Positions 15,198-27,293 of a stretch of DNA of 64,000 bases are shown piece by piece. Below the pieces are notes generated by a model. That model worked only from the letters and a program-made list of their open reading frames with translations. It did not search any database and was not told where the DNA came from. This DNA is from an uncultured delta proteobacterium. GTDB taxonomy: Bacteria > Myxococcota > Myxococcia > Myxococcales > Myxococcaceae. Numbering within the stretch: position 1 is the first letter of the stretch; each line of letters opens with the position of its first letter. Made by a program: the position numbers and the translations under genes. The DNA is taken from the NCBI GenBank assembly GCA_963731795.1, contig CAVSWU010000003.1, forward strand, positions 966,216-1,030,215, given 5' to 3'.

Positions 15198-15213
15198 TGG
15201 CCCCTGCCTTGCT
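15198..15213 (+). promoter_or_regulatory. candidate sigma54 (-24/-12) promoter TGGCCC-N6-TTGCT upstream of the gspC-like gene
   Basis: GG and GC elements are at the canonical 12-nt spacing, ~43 nt upstream of ATG 15256. Position was read manually (+/-1). Confidence 0.3.
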
Positions 15214-15255
15214 TTGGCAGAGCGGTCGTCCACCGACACCTCACGGAGGCCGTCC

Positions 15256-16149
15256 ATGTTCACTCTCGTCCGCTCCTCGTTCCATGCGGTCACCCTCGCC
15301 ATGCTTGCGTGCGCGTGCATGCTGGTGGCGCAGACCGTGAATGCCGTACTGAGTAGCTCCCTCCTCTCTCTGCCCACGATTCAGACTGTGCCGCGCCAGG
15401 ATGCCCCTCCTGTCCCGACAGCATCAGCAGCCCCTCTCTCCGTGGATCTGCTGGCCCGGTACACGGGATTGCCCCTGAAGGATCGTCCGACGCCCTCCGC
15501 TGAGATCACCCGCGACGCGCTGCCCACGCCGCTCGCGCTCAAGTTGCTCGGGACGATGACGTCTCCCTCGGCGGGCATGTCGCTGGCTTCCGTCTACGAA
15601 GATGCCACGCAGCGCACGCGGACGGTCTGGGTGGGCAGCACGCTTCAGCAAGCCGAGATCCTCTCCATCGAGCGCACGCGCGTGCTGCTCTCGAACGGAG
15701 GGCGCATGGAGATCCTTGAGTTCACCTCACTCCCTGCAGCTGCCAAGACGGCAGCTTCTCCCCTCCCACCGTCCACACCGGCCGGAGCTTCCACGGGGCT
15801 CGGCTCCACCCTCCGGCAAACAGGGCCCGAGAGCTACACGGTCCAGCGACAGGACGTGGAGAACACGCTCGCCAACCTGTCACAGGTCGCCATGCAGGCC
15901 CGGATCGTTCCCGCCTTCCGCGACGGTGTCTCGCAGGGTTTCAAGCTGTTCGCCATGAAGCCGGACTCCATCTACGCCCGGCTCGGCATGAAGAACGGGG
16001 ACATCCTCCAGCGCGTCAACGGCCTCTCGCTCGATAGCCCGGAGAAGGTCCTGGAGATCTATGCCCAGCTTCGGAGCGCCTCACGCATCGAGCTCGAGAT
16101 CGAGCGCGACGGCCAGACGCTGCGCAAGACGTACAGCGTAGAGGAATGA
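15256..16149 (+). CDS. type II secretion system GspC-like protein (N-terminal TM, C-terminal PDZ)
   Basis: TM helix 'VTLAMLACACMLVAQTV' and a C-terminal PDZ domain ('GFKLFAMKPDSIYARLGMKNGDILQRVNGLSL'). No other gsp genes are adjacent. Confidence 0.55.
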   Translation: MFTLVRSSFHAVTLAMLACACMLVAQTVNAVLSSSLLSLPTIQTVPRQDAPPVPTASAAPLSVDLLARYTGLPLKDRPTPSAEITRDALPTPLALKLLGTMTSPSAGMSLASVYEDATQRTRTVWVGSTLQQAEILSIERTRVLLSNGGRMEILEFTSLPAAAKTAASPLPPSTPAGASTGLGSTLRQTGPESYTVQRQDVENTLANLSQVAMQARIVPAFRDGVSQGFKLFAMKPDSIYARLGMKNGDILQRVNGLSLDSPEKVLEIYAQLRSASRIELEIERDGQTLRKTYSVEE

Positions 16150-16158
16150 GCCCCGGCC

Positions 16159-17376
16159 TCACTGTGCTGGAAGATTGCCCCTCAGGACCCTCAGGGCGTT
16201 CTCCCCCGCGATCTTCCGGATCTCCCCTTCGCTGAACCCCTCTGCGATCAGCGCATCCGTCAGCTCGACCAGGCCCGCCGTATCGAACGGGGCCTCCACG
16301 GCCCCGTCGTAGTCCGAGCCCAGCCCCACGTGGTCGAGCCCGGCCACCGTCACCGCGTACCGGACCGCTCGGGCAATGGCCTTCGCGTCCGTGCCACAGG
16401 TCGCGGTGCTCCAGTACCCGATGCCCACCACCCCGCCATTCCGAGCGACCGCGCGGAGCTGCTCGTCACTCAGGTTCCGGGTGTTGTCGCATGTGCCCTT
16501 CACCCCCGTATGGGAGACGACCAGGGGCCGGGTGGCAATCGCGAGCACCTCCGAGATGGTCTTCGGCGAGGAGTGCGCGAGATCGAGGGTCATCCCCTTC
16601 TCCTCCATCCGCTTCACGACGGCGCGCCCCAGCTCCGTCAGGCCGCCCTTCTGGACACCGTGGGCCGACCCGCTGACCTCGTTGTCGAAGAAATGGGCGA
16701 ACCCCAGCATCCGGAACCCAGCGTCGTAGAGCTCATCCACCGCGTCGACGTTCCCCTCCAGCGCGTGCATCCCTTCGAGCGACAGGAGCGCCCCCACCCG
16801 GCCCTTGTCCTTCTCCCGCTCCGCCAGGAACCGCTCCAGGTCCGCACGGGTGCGGAGGAACACGAGCTTCCCATCCGAAGCCTCGGCGGTCTTCGCGAGC
16901 TTCGTCGCCTCGTACAGCGCGCGAGCCTTGAGGCTGAACCACGTGTTCGGCGGCCACCGCTGCGCGATGGCCAGGAGCTGGATGTCATCCGTCTTGTCGT
17001 CGTTGCGCTCCGTGTTCATGTGCTTCGGCGTCTTGGTGACGACGCTGAAGACCTGCAGGGCGACGTTGCCCTCGATGAGGCGAGGCACATCGATGTGCCC
17101 CTGCGTCCCCCGCTGATTCAGGTCGCGGTTCCACAGCAGCGGATCAGCATGGAGATCCGCGATGAGGAGCCCCGAGTGCAGCGCGGCCCCTTGCTTCGTG
17201 GGGGTGTACGGCGTCTTCCGGAGAACCGCGTTCATCTGCGCGGCGACGCGAGTGGCTTTGACGTCCAGGGCCACAGCGGTGCCCGCGAGCAGAACAACCA
17301 CGACTCCCAGGATGATCCATTTCTTCACGACACCCTCCGACGACACGAGCATGGGGATTATCGCCGAGAGTGCCAT
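16159..17376 (-). CDS. membrane dipeptidase (peptidase family M19)
   Basis: Renal-dipeptidase-family motifs ('HIDVPRLIEGNVALQVFS', 'HSSP', 'GIGSDYDG') and an N-terminal TM anchor. The start is set at the MALSAIIP Met. Confidence 0.8.
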   Translation of the reverse strand: MALSAIIPMLVSSEGVVKKWIILGVVVVLLAGTAVALDVKATRVAAQMNAVLRKTPYTPTKQGAALHSGLLIADLHADPLLWNRDLNQRGTQGHIDVPRLIEGNVALQVFSVVTKTPKHMNTERNDDKTDDIQLLAIAQRWPPNTWFSLKARALYEATKLAKTAEASDGKLVFLRTRADLERFLAEREKDKGRVGALLSLEGMHALEGNVDAVDELYDAGFRMLGFAHFFDNEVSGSAHGVQKGGLTELGRAVVKRMEEKGMTLDLAHSSPKTISEVLAIATRPLVVSHTGVKGTCDNTRNLSDEQLRAVARNGGVVGIGYWSTATCGTDAKAIARAVRYAVTVAGLDHVGLGSDYDGAVEAPFDTAGLVELTDALIAEGFSEGEIRKIAGENALRVLRGNLPAQ

Positions 17377-17437
17377 CGTCTTGTCGGGCAAGCAGGTATC
17401 GGCGAGGCTCCCGCGGCACTTTTCACCCCGAGGCCCC

Positions 17438-19243
17438 ATGTCCACGCTGCGTGCAACGAGTGCTCTCTCCGCGCTCCTGCTGCTGTCCTCCGCCTGTACC
17501 GCTTCGCACCCACCGTCCCAGACCGAAGCGACCGCCGCCTCCGTGGCCCACTCGGAGCAGGCCCCGAGCCTGTCCCCTGCCCAGGCAGCCCTGCGCACCT
17601 TCGTGGATGCGTACTTCGAGGACGCCTTCCGGCGCTTCCCCACCATGGCCACCCAGGCAGGCGTCCACACCTATGACGGGGAGCTGCGCGGCTTCACCCC
17701 CGAGGAGCGCGCCGCACTAGCTCGCCCAGCTCAAGGCGGAGCTCGCCGCCCTGCCGAAGCAGGTGGACCGCGCCGCCCTGCCCCCGCTCGATCAGGCGGA
17801 CTACGACATCCTCGAGAACCACCTGCGCGCGCGCATCCTGGACTCCGAGGCCGTGCGCGGCTGGGAGCGCAACCCGAACACCTGGCTCGGCACCGCCTCC
17901 TACGCCGTCTTCCAGCTCATCAACCGGGACTTCGCTCCGCTCGATCAGCGCATGCGCTCCACCGTGAGCCGCATGAAGCAGATCCCCGCCGTGTTCGCCA
18001 CGGCCCAGGCCACGCTCCAGAACCCGCCGAAGCTGTGGACCGAGATCGCCCTCATGCAGGCCCAGGGCACGCGCGGCCTCTACGCCGAGACGCTGCCCAA
18101 GGCCTTCGAGCCGGTGAAGGACGCCGCCCTCCAGGAGGCCTTCAAGCAGGAACAGGCGCGCTGCCTGGCCGCCATCGATGGCTTCATCCGCTTCCTGCGA
18201 GAGGATCTCCTGCCGCGCTCGAACGGAGACTTCGCCATCGGAGAGCCCATCTACCGCCAGAAGCTCCAGTACGAGGAGGGCGTCACCGAGGACATCGACT
18301 CGCTGCTCGCCTGGGGCACGGCGGAGCTCGCGCGCACCCAGGATCAGTTCCGCGAGGTGGCCGCGCGGCTCGCACCGGGCAAGGACGCCCATGGACGTCT
18401 ACCGCGAGCTGGGCAAGGAGCACCCCACTCCGGCCGAGCTGGTCCCCACCACGCGCGCCACGCTGGAGGAGATCCGCCAGTTCCTCGTGGACAAGCACCT
18501 CATCACCGTCCCGAGCGAGGTCCGCGCCCAGGTGGCCGAGACGCCCGCCTTCAACCGGGCGCTCTCCTTCGCCAGCATGAGCATGCCCGGCCCCTTCGAG
18601 ACGCACGCCACGGAGGCCTACTACTACGTGACGCCGCCGGACCCCACGTGGAACGCCGAGCAGACCGAGCAGCACATGAGCTTCTACAACCGCTACGCGC
18701 TGCCGCTCGTCTCCATCCACGAGGCCTACCCCGGCCACTACGTGCAGTTCCTCTGGACGAACCACCGGGTGAGCTCGAAGGTGCGCAAGATGCTGGGCTC
18801 GCGGCTCCTTCAGCGAGGGCTGGGGGCTCTACACCGAGCAGATGATGCTCGACGAGGGCTACGGCGGCACGGGCCCCGACGCGGACAAGCTGCGGCTCAA
18901 CCAGCTCGCGCTCTACCTGCAGCGGCTGGCGCGCTACGTGGTGGGCCTGTCCCTGCACACGCGCGGGATGACGTACGAGCAGGCGGTGCGCTTCTTCGAG
19001 GAGCAGGCCTACATGACGCACACCAACGCCGAGCGCGAGGCCAAACGTGGCACCTCGGATCCCACCTACCTCGTCTACGCGCTGGGCAAGAAGCTGCTGA
19101 TGGAGCTGCGCGAGGACGCGCGGGCGAAGTGGGGCACGGACTTCACGCTCCAGCGCTTCCACGATCAGGTCGTCTCCTACGGCTACCCGCCCATGCCCGA
19201 TCGTGCGCCGGCTGATGCTCGGCGAGCCGCACACGCCCTGAGC
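17438..19243 (+). pseudogene. DUF885 family lipoprotein, multiply frameshifted
   Basis: Lipoprotein signal 'LLLLSSAC' and the DUF885 hallmark 'IHEAYPGHYVQ'. The reading frame hops between four track ORFs (17162, 17763, 18178, 18842), with shifts near 17715, 18385, 18800 and 19210. Confidence 0.7.
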
Positions 19244-19284
19244 CAGCGCACCGGGAGTCCCTGTGCTAGAGGAGCCACTCCAGC

Positions 19285-20449
19285 ATGCAAGCCCCCTCCG
19301 AGACCGCTCCCACCCTGGCCGAGGCCCCCGCCCCCGAACCCAGAGGGCTCCAGGCGTGGAGCTTCCCGTTCTGGGTCTGGCTCGGATCGCGGCTCGTGCT
19401 CCTCTACGCCGCCTGGATCGGGATGGCCGTGGAGTCTCGCTTCGGTCAATACCCGACGCAGGCTGCCTCCAACGAACCCGCTCCCGCCGCTCCTGGCGCC
19501 GCTGTGCCGATGGGACTGCGTCTGGTACTTCTACGTCGCGCGGGATGGGTACGCCAACGGCCCGCAGACGAACTTCTTCCCGCTGCTCCCGCTGCTCAGC
19601 CACGCGCTGGGGTTCGTCACACGGATCCCCGCGCAGTGGACAGTCCTCATCGTCAGCAACGCCGCCTGCCTCTGCGCGTACGCGGTGCTGTTCCGGATGT
19701 TCCGGCGGCTCGCGGGCGAGCAGAGCGCGCGCTGGGGCGTGGCCCTGTTCGCCGCCTTCCCCTTCGCCTTCTTCCACGCCGCCGGGTTCCCCGAGTCGTT
19801 GATGGTGCTGCTCTCGGCGCTCGCCATGGACTTCGCGCTGCGAGGCCAGCACTTCCGAGCGGGGCTGGCACTCGCCGCGGGCATGCTCTCGCGGCACCTG
19901 ACGATGCTCACGGGCTTGGGGCTCCTGGTCGCGCAGGTGCAGCAGCGCCCCTCGCTCGGGCGGTTCTTCAAGAGCCCGGCGTGGCTGGCGTTGTCGTTCC
20001 CATGGCTGTCACTGCTCGGCTACTGCCTGTACCAGCAGCTCGTCTGGGGAGACTTCCTCGCCTTCTACAAAGCGAGGGCGCTCTGGGGAGTGTCCGCCTA
20101 CTGGGGCATCGCCGATCAGCTTCGAGTCCTCGGATCGCCCGATCCCATGATGCAGCTCATCAACAGCTACCTCCCGTTCGCGGCGATGGGAGTGGTGGGC
20201 GTGCTGCTCACGGCCCGGCACCGGGCCTGGTGGAGCGTGACGGCCTTCGGGCTCGCGCTCAGCACCATCATCTGGGCGATCGGCCTGTGGGCGCTGGGCC
20301 GCTACTCCGCCTCATGCTGGCCCGCGTTCCTGGGGTGGGGCGCGCTCGCGGCGCGCCGGCCCACCCTGGGGATGGTGCTACTGACCGTCTTCGGGGTGAT
20401 GCAGGGGCTCTTCTTCTTCCTGTTCATCCACCAGTACCCCGTGATGTGA
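19285..20449 (+). pseudogene. polytopic membrane glycosyltransferase (GT87/DUF2029-like), one frameshift
   Basis: The N-terminus 'MQAPSE...WSFPFWVWLGSRLVLLYAAW' is in one frame. After ~19480 the conserved 'WDCVWYF' motif and ~9 TM helices continue in the frame of ORF 18842..20449. Confidence 0.6.
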
Positions 20450-21409
20450 GCCCACGGGCCTCACGGGGTACCTGGGCGCCGCTCAGCCGAAGATGGAGTG
20501 CCAGAGCTTCTTCGCGCCGTTGCCGATGGCCTTGCGCCGCCGCATCCTCGGCGGCGTGCTCAACCTTGTCGGCGGCCGTCGTCACGTCGGAGATGGCATC
20601 GGCGATGCCGCGAGCCGGGGCGGACTTGAGGGTGCTGCCGAGGCTGGACTTGGGCAGTTGGATGTCCGAGGCGTTGCGCGTCACTCCGTCGCCGCCGACG
20701 ACCTTCCGCCCATCGTTCGGCACCACGGAGATCATCACGTTGCTGAGCCCCGTGCTGATGCCCCCCATCTTGAGGTTGTTCCACTTCTGCTGGAACTCAT
20801 CGGCCGACATCTTGTAGCGGTTGCCCCCGGCGCTGTCCGCGATGACCAGGTCGGAGATCTTCCCGCTTGGGTCACGGTCGTAGCCGGTCACCGTGATGTA
20901 GTGCATGTTGGCGTTCTTGCCGCCGTCCGGATCCATCAGGACGATCGGCGGCACGCCCTGGTCCACCATCTTCGCGAGATCATCGATCTTGGCGTCCGTC
21001 TTGATGTCGGCCCGCATCCCATGGTCCCGCGCGTAGCTCACGATCTTGTCCGGCGCGGTGAACAGATCGAAGTGGCGGATGGAGCTGTCCACCTGCTCGT
21101 GGGTGGTGGGCTTGCCCCAGTAGGTGAGCACGTTGGCGAGCGACGTGGTGCCGCACGCGTTGGTGTTGCCCTGGTTCTGGGCCAGCACGCCCAGATCATT
21201 GGGGGACAGCTTCTCGGCGCCGCTGGGCGCGAACGCGGACAGGGCTGCCGGGCTGCTCGTGGACACGCCCTTCTGGAAGGCGGAGTCGCCCGAGAAGCCC
21301 GCCGACCGCGCCGTCGTGGTGGGCGCCGTGGCCTTGGTGGCCTGAGTGGGCTGCAGCCCTCGGCGGTCTGAGGGCGGGCGGGAACAGGCGAGCCGTTGAT
21401 TCGGGTCAT
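20424..21409 (-). CDS. C39-like (papain-fold) cysteine peptidase domain protein
   Basis: Catalytic-like Cys in 'NACGTTSLANV' and His in 'NMHYITVTGYD'. ATG 21409 has a GGAG RBS but runs into a frame change within ~50 nt. The C-terminus may really end at ~20484 via another shift ('...AIGNGAKKLWHSIFG*'). Confidence 0.45.
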
Positions 21410-21463
21410 GGTGGATCTCCGTGGTACGTGCGGAAATTATCGCCCAGATTGAAGAGAGGTTGC

Positions 21464-22357
21464 TCACCGGGGCGCACGAACGACAGTGCCCCCCGCCTCG
21501 TTCACCCAGTAGAGGCTCCCTGAATCCATAATGATTCCAGTGGGTTCCGGCTGTTCCGCGGCGAACGTTTCGGGCTTTCCGCCCGAGCGCGTCATCCTCC
21601 GGATCGTGCCGTCCTTGCTGCCGGCGGCCCAATAAATGAAGGAGCCGTCCACGGCGATGGCGCGCGGGTGGCTCTCCCCCTCCGCCAGCTTCTCCAGCGT
21701 CCCGCCAGCCAGGGGCACGCGGTTGATGCTCCCCCAGAACGTGGTCCAGTAGACGTGCGTCTCGTCGAGGGCCAGGCTGGTGGCGTTCTGGTCCCCACGA
21801 GCGAGGATCTCTTCGGGTCCGCCGCCCAGCGGAGCGCGGCGGATGGATCCATCGCTGTTGGCCCAGAACACGTGCGTGGCATTGGTGGCGATGTCGCTGG
21901 GACCGCTGGTCTGATCGCTCACCGCCGAGGCCGCCCCGCTGGAGACCGGCGCCTTCATCATCGTCGCGGAGTTGTTGGACCAGAACACGGAGCCGCCCGC
22001 CACGGCCACGTCGCCCGGGTCCGACTGACCGGTGGCCACCGGGGTGGGATCGCCTCCCGCGAGTGGGATCTTCATGACCGACTGGTCGCCGCGGCTGGCC
22101 CAGTAGATGTGGGTCGAGCTGAGCGCGATCCCCTGCGGCTGGGACTGCCCCGAGACCTGCCGCTCGGGCGTGCCTCCCGCGAGCGACAGGCGCATCACCT
22201 CGCCCCCGGTGCGGTTGGTCCAGTAGAGGTACGTCCCGTCGGAGGCGAGCGAGGAGGGGCCTGCCTGGCCCGAGGCCAGAACGGTCTCAGGCCGAGGCCC
22301 GCTGGTGCAGGCGGCGGCCAGGGACAGCATCACGGCCAGCGCGGCGCGGGTGATCAT
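21464..22357 (-). CDS. beta-propeller lipoprotein with ~6-7 YWTD-like 'YW' blade repeats
   Basis: Lipobox 'LSLAAAC' followed by a repeated ~42-aa unit (..YWxxxxxGxVMRxxLAGGxPE..GQSxPxxIA..). Only part of the 309-aa track ORF N-terminus is used. Confidence 0.6.
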   Translation of the reverse strand: MITRAALAVMLSLAAACTSGPRPETVLASGQAGPSSLASDGTYLYWTNRTGGEVMRLSLAGGTPERQVSGQSQPQGIALSSTHIYWASRGDQSVMKIPLAGGDPTPVATGQSDPGDVAVAGGSVFWSNNSATMMKAPVSSGAASAVSDQTSGPSDIATNATHVFWANSDGSIRRAPLGGGPEEILARGDQNATSLALDETHVYWTTFWGSINRVPLAGGTLEKLAEGESHPRAIAVDGSFIYWAAGSKDGTIRRMTRSGGKPETFAAEQPEPTGIIMDSGSLYWVNEAGGTVVRAPR

Positions 22358-22443
22358 GCACTCCCTCCCGAGAGAAGATGGCCAGTCTGCCATCCTCGGG
22401 AAGTGCCTTCCACCCGTCGCCGCGGGCCCAGGCGCGCCTGGGG

Positions 22444-25687
<3,244 letters not shown>

Positions 25688-25819
25688 TGGGGGGCCCCAA
25701 TAGCAACGTCGCCGGGGACATGCACGCAGGGAGTGAAGGTGCCCAGTCGCCTGCTCCTGGAGTGACCCAGGCCATCCGGGCAAGGCTCTGGTAGAACCGG
25801 CGCGCCCCTTGGAGGTTTC

Positions 25820-26651
25820 ATGCGTCGCTGGTCCCTGGCCCTGCTCGTCACCCTCGCCTCTCCTGCCCTCGCCCAGGCTCCCGAGCCGGCCCAGGCTCCG
25901 CCGGCCGCCCCGGCTCCCGAGGCCAAGCCCGAGGCGAAGCCCCCGGAGAAGAAGACTCCTGCCGCCGCGGAGTCCCAGAAGACCCCCGAGGCGACTGGTC
26001 CAGCAGCCAAGGCTTCCTCCCCTGCTCCCTCCGAGGCCAGGCCAGCCCCGGCCGCTGAGGCGCCTGCCACGAAGAAGGCGGCTCCGGCCGCTGAGGCGCC
26101 TGCCACGAAGCATGAGGCCGCCGCTCCGAGCCCTGCTCCGGCGGCTCCCAAGCCGCAGACCGCCGCTCCGAGCCCTGCTCCGGCCGCTCCGAAGCCTCAG
26201 GCTGCCGCCCCGAGCCCCGCTCCGGCCGCCACGCCGGGAGCATCAGGTGAACTCGACGAGGAGGGAGCCAGGCGCCAGCGGGTGAAATCGGAGGCCCGGT
26301 TCATCCTCGAGAACCTCCTGCTTGGGGACGCGCGCCGAGCCACGAGCGAGGTGGCCTACCCGTTCCAACTCGAGGACAAGAAGTACGGCACTCCCGAGGA
26401 GCTTGTGGCCGCCTGGGTGAAGCAGACTCCGCGTGAAGCGCACGGACCTCATCACCCTCTACGACATCGAGGTCCTCTCGCTGGCGGAGATGGAGAAGAA
26501 GTACGGCAAGCCGCCGGCGCGGCTCGGGCTCGGCAACCTGAAGGACGCGGACGTCTACGCGGCCGTGGGCAACCTCTCCGGGCACGCGGCGGTGCTGCTC
26601 TTCCGCGCCCCGAAGGACGGCCCAGCGAAGGCGTTCGCGTACACGGACTGA
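25820..26651 (+). pseudogene. secreted Pro/Ala/Lys-rich repeat protein with a conserved C-terminal domain, one frameshift
   Basis: Signal peptide '[20 protein letters not shown]' followed by [11 protein letters not shown] and [13 protein letters not shown] repeats. The frame changes near 26430 into the ORF ending 'GKPPARLGLGNLKDADVYAAVGNLSGHAAVLLFRAPKDGPAKAFAYTD*'. Confidence 0.5.
26041..26230 (+). repeat. in-frame tandem DNA repeats (42 bp x2; 48 bp x2.5) encoding [11 protein letters not shown] and [13 protein letters not shown] units
   Basis: Near-identical units are visible directly in the nucleotide sequence 26041-26230. Confidence 0.6.
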
Positions 26652-26711
26652 GGCCAGCAGTTTCACCCAGCACTGCGTGACTCAAGTCGCCGTTCTTCTG
26701 ACTCCAGAGGT

Positions 26712-26737
26712 GGCGGCTTCGATTCCCGCCGCCTCCA
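26712..26737. other. tRNA 3'-end-like fragment (T-arm plus acceptor half): possible att-site remnant
   Basis: 'GCGGC-TTCGATT-CCCGC-CGCCTCCA' has a canonical TTCGATT T-loop with 4 of 5 T-stem pairs (position 53 is C, not G). No matching 5' half or anticodon arm lies upstream. It sits ~90 bp from the integrase stub. Confidence 0.2.
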
Positions 26738-26827
26738 TCCCGAGAAGCCCAGCAATCTCAACGGGTTGCGGGGTTTTTCTTTGTCCTCGTTTTCATCATG
26801 TGCCCTCAGTGTGCCCCTCTGGCGTCT

Positions 26828-27053
26828 CTAGCCCAGAGCGGCGCGCGGCTGGGGGACGGGCCGATCCAACTCCTGCACCGCGCTCTCCCGCGCCTCGGGC
26901 GACAGGTGCGCGTACCTCATGGTCATTTCGATGGTCGCGTGACCCATCAACTCCTGGATGACCTTGAGAGCAACGCCCCGCATCGCGAGGTGGCTGCCGC
27001 AGGTGTGCCTAGGTCGTGCCAGCCGGTGGAACCCTCCGGGCAGCTGACTCCTG
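26828..27053 (-). pseudogene. tyrosine recombinase/integrase C-terminal remnant (~70 aa, catalytic Arg replaced by Gly)
   Basis: The minus-strand translation reads '...GWHDLGHTCGSHLAMRGVALKVIQELMGHATIEMTMRYAHLSPEARESAVQELDRPVPQPRAALG*'. The HxxR box is degenerate (HDLG) and the catalytic Tyr region is present. There is no upstream ORF and it is absent from the ORF track (no Met). Confidence 0.55.
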
Positions 27054-27293
27054 CCCTACGCAGCGCCCACAGGAACGGGTGCTGAAAGCCAGTTGCCGCC
27101 CGATATCGTGACGGAAGCGGACATCATGCGACAAACGCTCTAGCGTCAGTGCGCCACGAGCCCCGTAGCGGCACAGCCCCCGGCTTGGACACGAGGCAGT
27201 GTGGCCGAACGTTCAGAACGCCCTAGTGGCCTGCATGATCATCCCTGGAGCGTTCACGCTCCGCCTCGTACCGTGCTAAGAAAGCAGCACGTT

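Noticed and set aside
26651-27290. Search for a complete tRNA gene adjacent to the integrase remnant, and for tRNA or rRNA genes elsewhere in intergenic gaps.
   Set aside because: Only a 3'-half-like fragment is present. No cloverleaf (D-arm, anticodon arm plus 5' acceptor strand) could be assembled in any gap by eye. No rRNA-like conserved blocks were seen. tRNAscan-SE should confirm.
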